Source: Tubiluchus corallicola
Lineage: Eukaryota > Animalia > Priapulida
Length of the DNA stretch: 64,000 nucleotides
Assembly (NCBI GenBank): GCA_030141605.1
Contig: JAQGDQ010000090.1
Span: forward strand, 372,001-436,000
Direction: 5' to 3'
Part shown: positions 1 to 55,300 of the stretch, one piece after another
Position numbering within the stretch: the first letter of the stretch is position 1
Layout: each line of letters starts with the position of its first letter
Program-made: the position numbers and the translations under genes
Notes under the pieces: model-generated
Databases searched by the model: none
What the model was told of the DNA's origin: nothing
Seen by the model: only the letters and a program-made list of their open reading frames with translations

Positions 1-42
1 ACTCTATACGATATTTACCCGTGTTTTTAACTTGCTGTTCAG

Positions 43-207
43 ACGGTGTGCCGGTGTATCCTAGGAAGGCCAGCCTACCATTCTATGAAGATTGGAGAAT
101 GCTTGTGCCTATTGCTGGTGGCTTTATCCTACTAGTTACTATTGTTGTGTGCTGCGTCCTGTTCAGCAAGAAACGCAAGTCGTATCCTCATCAGTTTAAA
201 TACGAAG
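43..207 (+). CDS. Dscam: Dscam-A exon: juxtamembrane + TM
   Basis: ttcag|AC...GAAG|gtaat; DGVPVYP...TM...KKRKSYPHQFKYE. Confidence 0.88.
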
Positions 208-2636
208 GTAATATTGGTATAAACCAGTTTTCTACTGCTTGTAAAACCATAACAAAACATAATGAAACAATCATGACTAAAGCGTTCAATTTTGTTGTCG
301 AAAACTGACAGTTTTTGCTGTTTTCAGCTGCTAACAACGGCTTTGCAAAAGACACCTCTACTGAAGGATTTCTGCTGTGCGATGTAAACGGGAAGCCAAC
401 TGTAGATCCGTCTAAGGGCAGCCTTCATCGAACTCCAGACTTGATGCGATCAGTGACGCCAAATGCATCAAGTACAATTTCTTTTTTTGTTTTTACACCT
501 TACATTTTCTTATATAATTCATATATAACGAACTGCTAGCTACAGCGATGTAGAGCATCAAAAGTTCTTTTGGACTGTGAATTCATTTTCAGTGAAAATT
601 CTGATTAAATCACAAACATACAATAGAATTTTCCAAAATGTGCATTTTTTAATATTAATGCTGAGCACAAAATTTTGTTTTATTATAGACACATTAAATG
701 GAACCCCTGTTCAGTTAAGGAACGGAGGAAAAAAGAGGAAGCCCAATCATGATTCCCTGCCAAGAGTACCCGATGACGGTAATCATATTTACGATAATAT
801 CCCACCTCCGGAACCACCAAAGCGCAGCGATGAAACGCGACTGACACAACCAAATATGGTGACATTTCATCCACCGAATATTTCGCCAAATCACCCACCT
901 GGAGGGCCAAGTGCAGGTTGGTATTTTGTGACATTCTGGTACTAAAGTTGTCATTTAAATGTCACATGCTTAGTAATTAACACAGCAAGCTAGGCATTTG
1001 TTCATTCGTAAAAACTGGCATAGTAGTTTGTCCTTATGCATGCAATTTGCATGGCTTTTGTCGTTTTCAATGTTTAGTAGCTTAGCAGATACTTATTCAC
1101 TTACTAATTGTTTGTATGTGGTTTGCTATAAAGGATGGAAGAGGCGAAGTGTTCCCGAGAGTGTAATGTCCTATGGCACAGGAGTATCTTCCAACTATGC
1201 CGAGCTGGCCCAGGCATACCGTAACGCTCTTAACTATCCAGATGCCATCTCGGAAGCTGAATCGACGCCGGTTCCAGCAAACTATCTAGCGAATGGTGAC
1301 GTTCTGTCACCTGGTAGCACTGACACTGGCATTCTTAGGTTTACACAGTCGCCTCCGTATCCTGACGAGGAAAGAGAAAGTGCTTGCGTCACTAATCACA
1401 ATCTGCCTCCCATGCCACCTGGTAAGAAGGATGTCACATGATTTTTATAAACTATAGCTATAATGGCATAGAGTTTACTAGTGAAATTGTTGGCTTGCAG
1501 TGATTTAAGTGTTTGCAGTTGTTACCACCATCATCATCATCATCCCACTGCTATTCTGATTGTGACAGCATAGCTCACTTAATAGGCAATCTGTAGTTGG
1601 CTGCTAAATAAATAAAGAAATATAAACTAATTTAATTTTACAGTTTTGTGCTGCAGAAAGTAGACAGTAGAAAGTAGACAGATTTGTTCAGAGATTATTA
1701 GCTTATTTAAAATTCGATCATAAAGCTTTGCACTGCATAATCTAAATTCTCAGTTATTTTTCTTGTTTATTGTTGTTTCTTGACATCAACTTTAGTCACT
1801 TGTATTCAGTTTATTTTATGTGTCAAATTGTTAACTTCTGCAAACATTGTCTCTATAAACAAAAATGATTAGTGTATCTCTCTTTTGTGTGTTTAGGGAG
1901 TCGTCCCGATACAGAGAAATCAGGAATGTCGAGCAGCACACTGACGTCCGCTACTCTGACACCCGATCGCAGTACTCTGACATCCGCCACCCTGACTCCT
2001 GATCAGGAGGCTTATCTGTCAAATGAGAGAAAGAAGAGGAAGCAGCGTGCTAGCAAATCCAAAGATTCTAGGCCTAGGAGTGAAAAATCAAAGTCTCCAG
2101 GGTGGGTTTTTCGTAATTTTTCTTTGATTTCTAAACCTTTCTTTTTCTTGAAATGAAATGGGTTTTGAGTATAATTTTTCACCACTAGATTTGTTACTGT
2201 TGTTTTTGAATATTAAACTTAACAGTTTTATCTTTAAAATGCTTTTACAATGGTCAGTTATGGTGATGTACTTGAATCTTATTGAACCACATTGATTCAG
2301 TGTTCATATATTCGGGCTTTATTGTATTTAATTGTGCTGCTACAAATAGTGCAAACGTCAGAAAATTATTTTAATTAAAAGCAGCCGTCATTCATTAATT
2401 CATTAATTTGCGACATCTGTAGTATAAAATGACCCTGAGTCAGTTTGTAACCTGGAAACGTTTTTAGTGTCTGTGTGGGAAAGATTTTTCTTATTTAAAC
2501 ACGTTTTGTTAATAACAACAGATCTACAAAGAAGATGTCAAGTTGCACTTCCAGTGATGAGGAAGAGGTGAAAGCCAGCTCATCAGACATGACTTCTCCT
2601 CCTCCTGGCTACACCGATCAAATAACCGTCGTTTAA
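43..2636 (+). CDS. Dscam: Dscam-family gene A, 3' part (TM + cytoplasmic tail); 5' part lies before the window
   Basis: Six phase-consistent GT-AG exons: 43-207, 328-471, 689-916, 1134-1421, 1897-2101, 2522-2636. TM helix LVPIAGGFILLVTIVVCCVLF is followed by KKRK. Tail motifs SSNYAELAQAY and STDTGILRFTQSPP resemble vertebrate DSCAM (SSTYEELARAY, SESGICRFTASPP, recalled). Ends ...DQITVV*, a class I PDZ-type terminus. Exon-by-exon similarity to the tail of the complete Dscam downstream. Confidence 0.88.
328..471 (+). CDS. Dscam: Dscam-A cytoplasmic exon
   Basis: tttcag|CT...TCAA|gtacaa; phase 1-1, open frame. Confidence 0.75.
689..916 (+). CDS. Dscam: Dscam-A cytoplasmic exon (IYDNI, PxxPxR)
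   Basis: tatag|AC...GCAG|gttggt; phase 1-1. Confidence 0.8.
1134..1421 (+). CDS. Dscam: Dscam-A cytoplasmic exon (SSNYAELAQAY, RFTQSPP)
   Basis: taaag|GA...CCTG|gtaaga; phase 1-1; conserved DSCAM tail motifs. Confidence 0.88.
1897..2101 (+). CDS. Dscam: Dscam-A penultimate coding exon
   Basis: tttag|GG...CAGG|gtgggt; phase 1-2. Confidence 0.8.
2522..2636 (+). CDS. Dscam: Dscam-A last coding exon
   Basis: acag|A TCT...; STKKMSSCTSSDEEEV...PGYTDQITVV TAA. Confidence 0.82.
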
Positions 2637-5254
2637 CAATCTCAAAAGATGAATGCTAGTCACAATTTTGCGTGTCGTTAATAGGACTTAGTCAGTGATA
2701 TGAACTCTTGTCAGTTTTTAGCGATCGCTACCTGTTACTTGGCATATGAGTAACAGATCGTACTTATCATGTATCAGTGCACTACAGGTAATTTTGATCG
2801 CACGATGTACTAACACAAGTCATTTTAACTACATAATTTCTCATTACTGAAATTGTAATGTCTTCGAGAGCTATATGTAAATATAAGTACTGTGTTTATT
2901 GTAATCTGTACCGTGTTTTGGCATTAATGATTAAGATATCGCGATATTACAGTAAACTAGCACGTCCATTGTTAGTTAGTAAGAGTGATTCTAAATTTTC
3001 CCGCGTGTTTTCAAATTTCCTGATGTTATCACTAATGTATCATGTAATTGTTATATGCTTGTGTAAAGCGGGCGTAGAAATCAAATGAAGGACTGTGAAT
3101 GTACGTATCATGGCAAGGTTGGAAAAATCTGTGATCTGATCTATTTAAGTGTTGGCTTTCGAGGGTGTAGACTACAGAAAGCTTAGCTTATGTTATTGAT
3201 AAATGTTATTTACTTTTATTACTAGTATATTATTATAATTATATATATGTGTGTTGTATAGCTTTCCTCACCGCAAACCGTTTAACGGTTTTTTTAAAGA
3301 AGTTTTGTATTTGTTGATCTTGTGAACAAAGCGTTTTGGGCTCTTGCTTGAACTAGAGTCCGTTATGGTGCCATCTGCTGTTTCACTACAATAAACTAGG
3401 AGAAACAGTTAGTGAGTATAATGGCTAGAAATCAAACTATTTGTACAATGATATTTACTTTTTTCGTTATTGGTCGATGATCACTAATAAGATGGCCGGT
3501 TTTATATTCACTATTTTGTTAGTTTGTTAAGATGCTGAGTGCACTTTTTTATTATATCACTGTGCAAGATGGTAGTGTTCCTAACATTCACCAGTTATTG
3601 CTCAGATAATATACCATGCACTTCTTGTGTGTTCAGTTAATTGCAACCAGATTGCGTTGACTTTCTCAGACTTGGATGTGATTTGCCTAAACCATGTGTT
3701 TAATTTTTTAATTCTATGTAGCCGAAAAGCAGTGATGAATAGTTTCGTTTTTGCTGAATTTTGGCCTAAAGATGCGTAATATTTGAAGTTTAGGTGAAAT
3801 ATTATTTTTATGACGACTATTACCCACAGTAAAGAAAAATTGAGAACTCGGCTAACTTTTTCTGCAAATTGTCTAAGAATCTTCCTAAGTAAGGTCTCAT
3901 CTGTGTCAATACACGTTCTCGAAAAACGTATTGCACATATTAATTTGAAATTGACCTTTGTTCATTGAGTGTTTTAATCTTAAGCAAAATAATTTATTGG
4001 CAAATTTTGATAATTTATGCTGACTGGTTTGGCTGAGTGGTTAAACTGCAAAGCATTGAGTGTACTTAAAGGCGAAGTTAATCATGTTGTTCAAGTCCAT
4101 TTTTCTATTTTAGCCCAGATCAGACAGCTTCTGTATTATTATTATTATTCTTTAATTTTGTTCTTTACTTTGTTATGATATTTACTGCATGTGGTCGACA
4201 AATGTTGTACAGTAATAACTTAGACTGTAGATGTAGCCGACTATCCATAGGCATGTAACTATAAAGACAATTTAAACCTAATTTAGTCCTAAATAGTCAC
4301 TATAAAAAAACTAATAGAGAGACATAATCATGATCAAATGTGCTTCAATAATTATTACTCTAGCGATCTGCATGTTGTGAGGTTTCCTTTTCTAAATTTA
4401 TGATTTTGTCGCCTAGTTTATATTTGTTTTGAACGCTTTTTAAATCGTCAAAGAATTCTTTATGTTAATAATGTCGAAATCGCGTTGCTGAGAAGAATGT
4501 GTTAAAGTTTTATTGGCGATTGTGTGCATGTGTCAGATCATTGCTAAAGCCAAGATAACGCGTAATGTGGCCACATGTATGATTCTGCTGGTTATAACAG
4601 TCTATACTAAAAGAATTTTGCAAGTAACATCTAAAATTGACTTTAAATTTCGTTGGCTAATGGCGCTAATCTGACGTGTCTTGGCTTCGATCTTCGCATG
4701 TGCCGTTTTGGAAGCATACGAAGGTTTTTGTTTGTATACGTGTAATCTGACAATTCAGCGGCATTAATAATTAGTCCTGTTTTATTTGCCCAACGACCTA
4801 CTACGGTTTTTCTATAACGTAATAAGCTAAAATAATGACTCCTCTAACTTAGTTTTGCGCGCATTACTCGTGTTAATGTGCCGAAGTGACAGGAAATGAA
4901 GACCTGCGCAAGCGTTGATTGTTACTCGTAGCGCGCATCTCTAGTTCTTGTCATAGTTCTAGCAGACGACAATAAAAGCACGTGCGAAACGCGGGAGAAA
5001 AAGTTGCATTTTTGTGCTTTTAATTATTTTGTTGAAACTAACGTAACTAGTTTTTTTCGTGCGATGAATTATTATTATTAGACTTGTTATTACGCAAATG
5101 TGTATGGTTGTACCTACGCTCGCTGTGCCACTGATAGTTGTATTTTAGCGTGTTTTCTCTATAGAAATATGTAGACAATAAACATGAACTACATTCACTG
5201 TCGGGTTGTTGCTGTTTTTTGTGTGTGGCAAAGTTTTTGTTTAGAAGTTTGCCA

Positions 5255-46945
<41,691 letters not shown>

Positions 46946-46965
46946 CAAATAATTATAAAATGAAG

Positions 46966-46982
46966 AATAAACGCTGAATAAA
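46966..46982 (+). terminator. Candidate polyadenylation signals of Dscam-B
   Basis: Two AATAAA hexamers (46966-46971, 46977-46982) just after the stop codon; usage unverified. Confidence 0.4.
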
Positions 46983-48160
46983 CAACTGTACTATAAATAT
47001 TGTGCAGCTATGAATTTAAAGGAAAAATCTAGGATAAATTATATAATGCTAAAAAAATCCAGCATTAGCCTAACATCTAAGCAAAATATGTATCTATCTA
47101 ATCTAAGCTAGAAAACTGAGGTGGTTTTAAAATGATACGTATAATTATGCAAGACCCGAAATTTAGGCGTGCCTCATCTAGGCGCCTGTTATATTAAAAT
47201 TGCACATTACATTCTTTGCAAGTTAGATGTAGACAAAGAGCGACAAATTCATTTAAACCAGTTCCCTTTAGGCTCACTTAGCTATACCTAAATAGTCTGC
47301 ATAATTTTGAAAAGCTTTCTGCATTAGCACTATGTATATTACAGATTTTGAAAGACTTTGATACAGAAAGTGTTCGTGTGTAAAATCTTGAATTGAACTG
47401 ACTTTTGAATATTTGGTTGTTATACGAGCGCGGAGCGCATTGCTATTATGTGTATTGTAATTACAGAATGTATAGAGTTTAATCATTTTAATTAGAACTA
47501 TAAATGGTCGATAGTCTATGACAAATTTGTTGTAATTGTTTTTATTAACCTCGTATAAATTAATTGTATTAAAACAAAATGACAATTACTTACATTATAT
47601 TAAATTTTCTGGTTGTTGCTGTTTGGCGTGCAAGCTGTTGGTTGTTTATAGTGTCCTAAAATGGCAAAATTCGTTGTCCTGCAGTCTATTTGATTAAACA
47701 AAATGTGAAAGTATAATAATTTTGTACATTTTTATGTATGCATTTAAGTAATCGATTATAGTCCGACCGGGCCCGTCTGCGTGCAAAACTGTGTGTTTGC
47801 CTGTAAACTAAAGGAGTGGATAAAAATCAGTGCACTGATTACTCGCTGTGAGGCAAACTTTTCAAAACAGCATAAGGCAGAGAAATGATTCATAATGAAT
47901 GCTCAAAGGAATTATATGTTGAGGTTTTTCGTATTATCAGTCTGCCACACCTTGGTAGTGTGGGATTTTGAAAGCGACGTGAAAATTGTTCAGTTTTTTG
48001 TATTATGGTGTTTTTCATTAAATACCTTACATTTGTGGCCTTCGTTTTTTACATTAATTAATTACAAACAAGCGTGCGTTGATTGTTTTTCAACCAGATA
48101 CGAAATATATTGGGGTTTCTCAGTACATGCAATGACTGATTTATTGTTTTCGCTGACAAG

Positions 48161-48548
48161 TAGGGGTGAGCATTCTCTACCAGAAAGCGAAATCGAATCG
48201 AATCGAATTCGTGGCTTTCGAAGTGAACCAAACTTTAGTATTTAAACTTCGAATCGAATTCGAATTGAGAATGAGAGAGATTTTCGAACAAGTTTTCGAA
48301 CCACCAGCAGGAAAAATTAGTCTTACAAATATCACGCATAATACTCGATCTTGTTCTGCAGTTAAACCACTAATAATTTGTTTAAAATTGTGCACAGAAA
48401 TCTCAGCTAAATTAAGCTAACTGCATGTTGTTTCAAACGTAGTAATGATAAAGAAATAATATATGATTGAAGTGCGGAATTATTCGAATCTATAGGTTTA
48501 CGTTCCAAACGAATTCGAACTGAAAAACTCGTTCGATGCTCAACCGTA
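48161..48548. mobile_element. hAT-type MITE
   Basis: Termini TAGGGGTGAGCAT...ATGCTCAACCGTA; perfect 8-bp TSD CTGACAAG (48153-48160, 48549-48556); internal TCGAA/TTCGA repeats. Confidence 0.85.
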
Positions 48549-48622
48549 CTGACAAGGCAATTACAAAATAAAACGTGAAAAAACATTTTCTACAAGCTGC
48601 AATATTTTTTTATTTAAGTAAT

Positions 48623-48623
48623 A

Positions 48624-48654
<31 letters not shown>

Positions 48655-48672
48655 CCATGATAATAATAATAA
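48623..48672. repeat. (GAT)n/(AAT)n microsatellite
   Basis: Direct reading. Confidence 0.9.
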
Positions 48673-49108
48673 TACTGCAAGAATTTGTCCGTTACTTCCT
48701 GGTGTGTAGTAGTCGTAAAGAAAGGACAAAACATTTAAAAGGCGTTGTAGAGTTCCAGGATTGCTTAAGAAACGTTTTTGGATATTTGGGCAATTATTTC
48801 TGGAAAATTTCTGTTCATCTGTCTGTAAAATTTCTTTCACACACTTTTAACATTTGGTGTTTACTTTCTTGAAATTCGACTCATTACTGTTGAGCCAGAC
48901 GAGTTCTTATACTTAAGTATTTCTGAGGTTAGGCTGTTTAGCCTACGCACTGCATGATTCAAACACAGTTCATGAAGTTTGTGATGTACTAGATTTTACT
49001 GGCAAGTTGCTCGGATTTTTTTTGCCTTCTGGATTTTTTTGCTCGCTGGTTGACCGCTCGAGACTGAGTGAATGTCTTCCTGTGTCATTGTTGGTACCTG
49101 AGGTGACC

Positions 49109-49329
49109 ATGCTCATTGTCATGAAATTTGTGTCTCGACTGTGCATAATTGTCTTAATCGTCACAGCTTTAATGAGTATCATTGCCTATCGAAGTCTTCT
49201 GATGCTGTCATCTCAAATATTTGCTTATCAAGGTTTTGCTATGGCTAGCACGTTGGAAGTCCCAAATGAAACTAGCCTGTACTTACCTGTGAACGATGAT
49301 GAAGAACTTCGAGTCGGCACCAATGTTAA
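49109..49329 (+). CDS. GXYLT1: GXYLT-A exon 1 (TM anchor + stem)
   Basis: [18 protein letters not shown]...; donor AA|gtaagt, phase 2; homologous to 63217-63434. Confidence 0.85.
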
Positions 49330-52300
49330 GTAAGTAATTTGGTATTTGGATTAATTTCATTGTTCTATAATTAGCCATGAAACCCGTAATGCAAAGTACA
49401 AGAATAAAATGAAATTTGAATGGTTTTTGTGATAATTTGTTTTAGCAATTTTTTGTTCTACTTTTTCGTTCGTTTGTAGTTGCACTACACTTTTTGTCAT
49501 CGCTAACATTGGGGAATTATATTAAATTATTAAGTAGAAATCACATTTATTTAACAAAATAAGAAAAAGCTACAATGAAATAAAAGTTTTTGTACTATAA
49601 TACATCTCAAATTCCACATACTTAATTTTAACTGTACTTCTTTTGTGATTCTATGAAAATTCATATGTCTAAACCTTTTTACTGAGCACCATAAAATATC
49701 TTTTTCTTGTTGGGTATAATTTTCTGGCAAATTTTCACGTTTTTCAAGTTTCTACCAACTTAATTTCATGCTTTTTGTTTTAATTTCTGTTAGACTTGTC
49801 TGCAATTTTTATTTTGCATTTGGTCACAAGTCTACTTAAAACTTGAATAATGTGAAAAACTGGTAGTGCTGAGGATTTATACAGTAAGCCCTCGCTTAAC
49901 AACGCTAATGCATTCAAGCGAAACACAATTTAATTTTAATTTTCAATTTTGGGTTTGTATTAGAAAAAGTCACATTACTGGGTATACATTACCTTTTTTG
50001 AGCTAATTACTAATTTTGAGCTATTGTTGTGACAGTATTGATAAAGCCTTTCATCCTCTTTTTTTATTTTTATATCTTCCGCGTTCTATTTTCAGGTCAT
50101 GGTCGCTGATACGTAATTTTGTAATCTTTGGTCTCTGTTTCTTATTAGAAATAATTTTTAAATAATCTTCTAATTCATAATTGATTTTTACATGTCTATA
50201 AAATCTTAGTTTGTTTTTGCCACCATTTTGTCTAGTATCATTATGTAGCTCTGTAAAAAACAGTTTTCTGTACCCTGATTTTACCGAATGCTTTTAATTT
50301 GTGATTCAGACAAATTTTATCAATTTCATCTACACCATATATTTGAAATCCTGGAAAATTTGCCCATTTTGCTTAAAGCTGTTTCACTTCTTCATGAGAC
50401 TGGTCACTATACACATTTTTAAATAATGTATTCCTTGGCTTTATATGTGTCATTAATAGATATTTGTGAACAATTGTTGATGCTTTAATTAGCAGTGGTG
50501 TCTATATTGTTTGTTTTGTTTACTTTTTTTGTATATTTGAGAAGTTCTGGTGTTTCTTTGTCACTAGAGCTTTGTTTGCGGCTTGTATGTAAATATTGTT
50601 TATGTCATTTAAGGCTTTATCTGCATCATTATAATTTTCCTCTAAAAAGTTTGCAATTTTATTATAGATATCGTCTGAGAGTAGTGCTGTTTGAAATCGC
50701 ATTTCTGAATGTCTATCCCATTTGTAGGCATATAATTAAGATTCTGTTGAAATACGTCTTCCATAGAAAGTAATGTAAAAGAACATGATACTTTCCAGAG
50801 GCAAAAATCAATGCTGCTTAAATCATTGATATCACTGCTATAAATTAAACGTTTTATGAGTTTTACTCATGTTTCTACTGATTAATTTCTTTCTGCTTGC
50901 TTGAAAAATCTGTATGTCTTACTTACTCAGCTAGTGATTTCTCTTTTGTTGATGTTTAAATCTAGGCAGCGGCAGCGGTTAAACAATAAACTCTGCAGCA
51001 GAGTTAAAGCCAACCTCTGGGGCAACTGTGGGAATTTTATCTAGATACTTTGGCTGGTTGCTATAACAACAGGCTGCAGGCAAAAATACACTAATTTCGG
51101 TATTGTACTTATTTGCAAGAACAAGTGTTTCAAGAACATTTATTTATATAGGTCTGACACAGCTCCTCCTTCCTCTTATAAGATACAACTGGCGGTAGTT
51201 GTTTGTGGGGAAGGAAGAATTAATGAATCTCTGACGATGGTTAAATCAGCACTGATGTTCACCCGGCAGCCATTGTTTCTGCATCTTGTTACTGATCCTG
51301 AATTATATGACAATTTCACACGAGTCGTAAGTTTCTTTTGTTAAATATAATTTGTTTAATTCTCCCTAAATGGTTAGCAAAATGTAGTAGTTTTCAATGT
51401 TTCTGTTTAATGTACTGTTAATTGTATTTTTCCAATTTTTTTTTACTCACAGTTTTGCAGCCTGCACTTTTTTATTACTGTGGTCCTTACATTTTATGTA
51501 CACATAAGTGGATTTTTAGCATGATTTTGCTTCTTTTGAAATTTTGGATCTTAAAAGTGCGAAGCCGTCTCTTCATTTTGTTTCGAAAATTAAAAAAAGT
51601 TAATGAAGCTTTCAGGCACTGTGTAACAAGTAGTAACATTGTGATTGTAATTGTATGAACTTAACGTATGAACCACTTTGCTTAAATGTGTAAAAGAGCA
51701 CCAAGATAAACTAATGCTTTTCACTTCAATTGGACAAGTTTTATCCATTTTTTGGTATATAATATGTAATTTTGGCTATTCTATTATAAAGCTTTCAAAG
51801 TGGAAAAAGCAAGCGAAAGTACAATTTGATTTTGAAATCTATGATGTGGAGTTTCCTAGTTCATTTGGTCAGCAGTGGAGAAATCTTTTCAAAACATGTG
51901 CTGCACAAAGACTATTTTTTCCAGTAAGTAATCCTACAAAGTGCTTAAAGTTACTTTTCATCAAAAGTTTATTCATGCTATTTGATTCTTTTATGTGTTT
52001 GAGTTTTTCCTGTTTAGTATAAATTTTAGATATCTTGGTGTCTTTAGAAAGTGCAATCTTTGCTATTTCTTAACTCTAGACAGATATGCACTCTCTACCT
52101 TGTAATACAATAACTTAAAATGGTATCTTGAGTTGTCAAAATTAATTTTAATTAATATAATGAAATGTAGCTCAGCTTGACACAGGGTGGGCCAATTTTG
52201 AAATTTCCATTGATTACAAACATAGCAGCAAGAGTGAATGCAAACACACTCAGTTCGGTGAATTTTTCTAGGACGTTCAGCATTACCAGAGAGCTTGGAG

Positions 52301-55300
52301 CCATTTTTATTTCAAACTCGAGTGTTAGGACTTTTTTAGAGGCTTGGTCACTTACATTGGACGAATGAAATAAAAAAGCCCACTTATTCATATTTAACAA
52401 AATCTGTATATATTGATAAAATTTTACAGTAAGAATTCCTGATTTCCATATGCAATTTGGCAAGCCATTTGTGTTTAAAATTACGTGTGTAATTATAAGT
52501 TTTATACATATTTGTAGATCACTTTAATTATTATCTCATGGTAAGTTTTTTACGGCTAAATTGTAATGCATTGCAAGTGACTTTAAAAATTAATCTGCAT
52601 CCACAATGTGACCTATAGGATATGTTAAAAGATGTTGACTTTTTACTGTATGTGGTCAGTTAGTTTGCAATGCTATAAAATACAAATCGTTTCCACAAAA
52701 CAAAAGAAAGTTTTTAAAATGATTGCTGTGAAATTAAATGTGCAAAAATTAATCTGCATCCAAGCTATATAAGTATTTTAGAAAATTATTTCGTTATGGT
52801 TGGAACCTTTTACCTAATGTAGAATGACCAAATGCCAAAAAAGATCAGTTAGTTTGCAATACTATAAAATATAAACAGTTTCCAGATCTTCAAAATAGTT
52901 TAATACCTTAATCTGCATCCTTAAACCTTAAAACCAAAAATTAATCTGAATCCACAATGTGATCTATAGGGTATGTTAAAAGATGTTGACTCTTTACTGT
53001 ATGTGGACACCGACACTCTGTTCTTCCGACCTCTGGATCACATTTGGAGCCATTTTAAGAGGATGAATTCTAGTCACATAGCGGCTTTGTCTCCGGAACA
53101 TGAAGATCCCTCAATTGGTTGGTACAATCGGTTTGCCAGGCATCCCTTTTACGGCAAGTTAGGTAAGTGCTTTTCTTTTAAATTGTGTAGTCATTTTAGT
53201 CCCGAATTGTAGTCCTTTGGTCTAAATTTAAAAAAAATGGCAGGCTTTAAATCAATCTGAAAAGTCTGTTAGTTATAAACATATTTTTCTGCAATTTATT
53301 TGCTTTTAGTCAGAGATTTTGATGTGCAGCCATATTGGGAGTCGAAACAATATCATTAAAATTGCCAGAATCTGGCTGACATGTTTACCTTGATTTCAAA
53401 GATATTCAAATAGGCAGTGATTGTGAAATAAAGTAAAATCTTTAGGTGAGATGAGTCGGTTAAGATAATAATTAATTTTAGAAGACTAAACAGTACATTT
53501 GCCTTGCAACTTTACATTTTCCATAAATTTTTGACCAACTATACTGTTGATAAGAAATATCATCTCTGAAGTTGCTTTTACATTTCCAAGCTTGAAAATA
53601 CTTTAGTGGTTTTATTCAAATCATTTATTTTGCAACAGAATCTGGCAATGGTGTTGAGTTCATTATTCTAGAATTAGGAAACCTCAACTTCATCAGTCTT
53701 AAAATTCCACAAAATTAAAGTTGTTTTAGGACCGATTGAAATAAAGCATCCTATTAATAAATTTTTTTTATTACTATCTAGTTAAGCTGGTAGCAGTAGA
53801 GGGACGATTCTTAGTTGCCAAAAATTGTCGAAATATTTGTTTTTTAGTTGCTCAAATTTTCCAAAATAGTCGAACAGAAGTTTTTTTATACTGAAAAAAC
53901 ATTTAAATTAACAAAATATTCCTAAAGTATATAACTATTTTAGAAAATTATTTCGTTATGGTTGGAAGAGTGAATTTTCTTGGAACATTTTACGTAATGT
54001 AGAATGACCAAATGCCCAAAAGGACAAGTTGGTTTGCAATGCTATAAATTTCCGGATCTTCAAAATAGTTTTAAAACCTTAGAAAAGTTGAAAAATAGTT
54101 TTTGTTGAAAAACTAAAAATCTTACCTCTACTCTTTTAGATAAATACTTTCTTCATGATCTGAAAAAAACTTTTTTGGAATTTCATCAATCTTCTAGAAC
54201 TTTTAAAACAAAAAAAGAAAGTTTTTAAAATGATTGCTATGAAATTAAATGCGTCTGTTCTTTTTTAGTTATTGTAAAAAGTATTCAATAACTTTTCTTG
54301 TTAATGCTTTGGTTACATAGTAGTTTTTGTACATTTAGTTCTTTTATTCTCTGCCTTACCTTATTATCAAGAATGTTTATTCACAAATCGTTGTTTCTTT
54401 CCCATGTTACTAAACTGTGTCTTTTATTGTTTTGTATATGTTATCCTTGCCAACTTATTAGGATTCTAACGTTTTACTAGAACCTTCAACTTATGTCTTT
54501 GAATTATATGTAACTTGATATTGTAAAACTTTAATTAAAATAACACGAGTAAATAAAAATTACTATTTTAGTAAACCAACTTTTGTGCTTACCTGATTCA
54601 TATAGGTTGGAAACCATAATCAAAATCTGCTCAAAATCAGAAAAGAACATAGTTAGGTTTTTTGTTTTAAACTTTTTGCTATTTTTTGTTGTTAAGGAGC
54701 ATTTTCTTAACTCACGTGTATATTTGTTAAAAATTTCCTCATCACTAGTTGAATATTAAGATTTGCAAAATGATGCTTAATTTGGGAATCGTTTTACTGA
54801 TATGAAATTTTTTTTTGCAAAATTTAGGAAAAATTCATTTATACACAAAAATTGAAATCCGATCTGTCTCTGTTAGTATGTAGTATTATATAAACATGAT
54901 GCTCTATTACAAGTTAGTACCTTTTACAAATTTATTAATTTTCCAGTAACTACTGTATATATTATTGCTTGCTAGGTAGTTGTGTTTAACCTACAATTTT
55001 TGTATGATCTTTAGGTGTGAATTCTGGTGTAATGTTGATGAATCTAACAAAAATGCGCTCTTCGAAGTGGGTGGAAAATGTTACGGCCCATTTTATAAAG
55101 TATAAACTGAATCTCACTTGGGGTGACCAAGACATCATTAACATCATATTCCACTTCAATCCAGGTACGAATCATTTGTACATTGTAGTGTGGAGTTGTC
55201 ATTGCATTGTACGTATGTACTGTGTAACCAAGCAGTTTTTAGTGCTACTGTAGTTGGTCACTTATGCAGTGCTTTGCACTTGGCCAGCCTGACTTGCCTA

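Noticed and set aside
49882-49910. TA|CAGTAAGCCCTCGCTTAAC pogo/Tigger-like terminus
   Set aside because: No matching second terminus was found, so element limits cannot be supported.
50966-51044. Extra GXYLT-A stem exon
   Set aside because: No phase-compatible strong donor before the in-frame TAG; exon 1 splices in frame directly to 51152, as in copy B.
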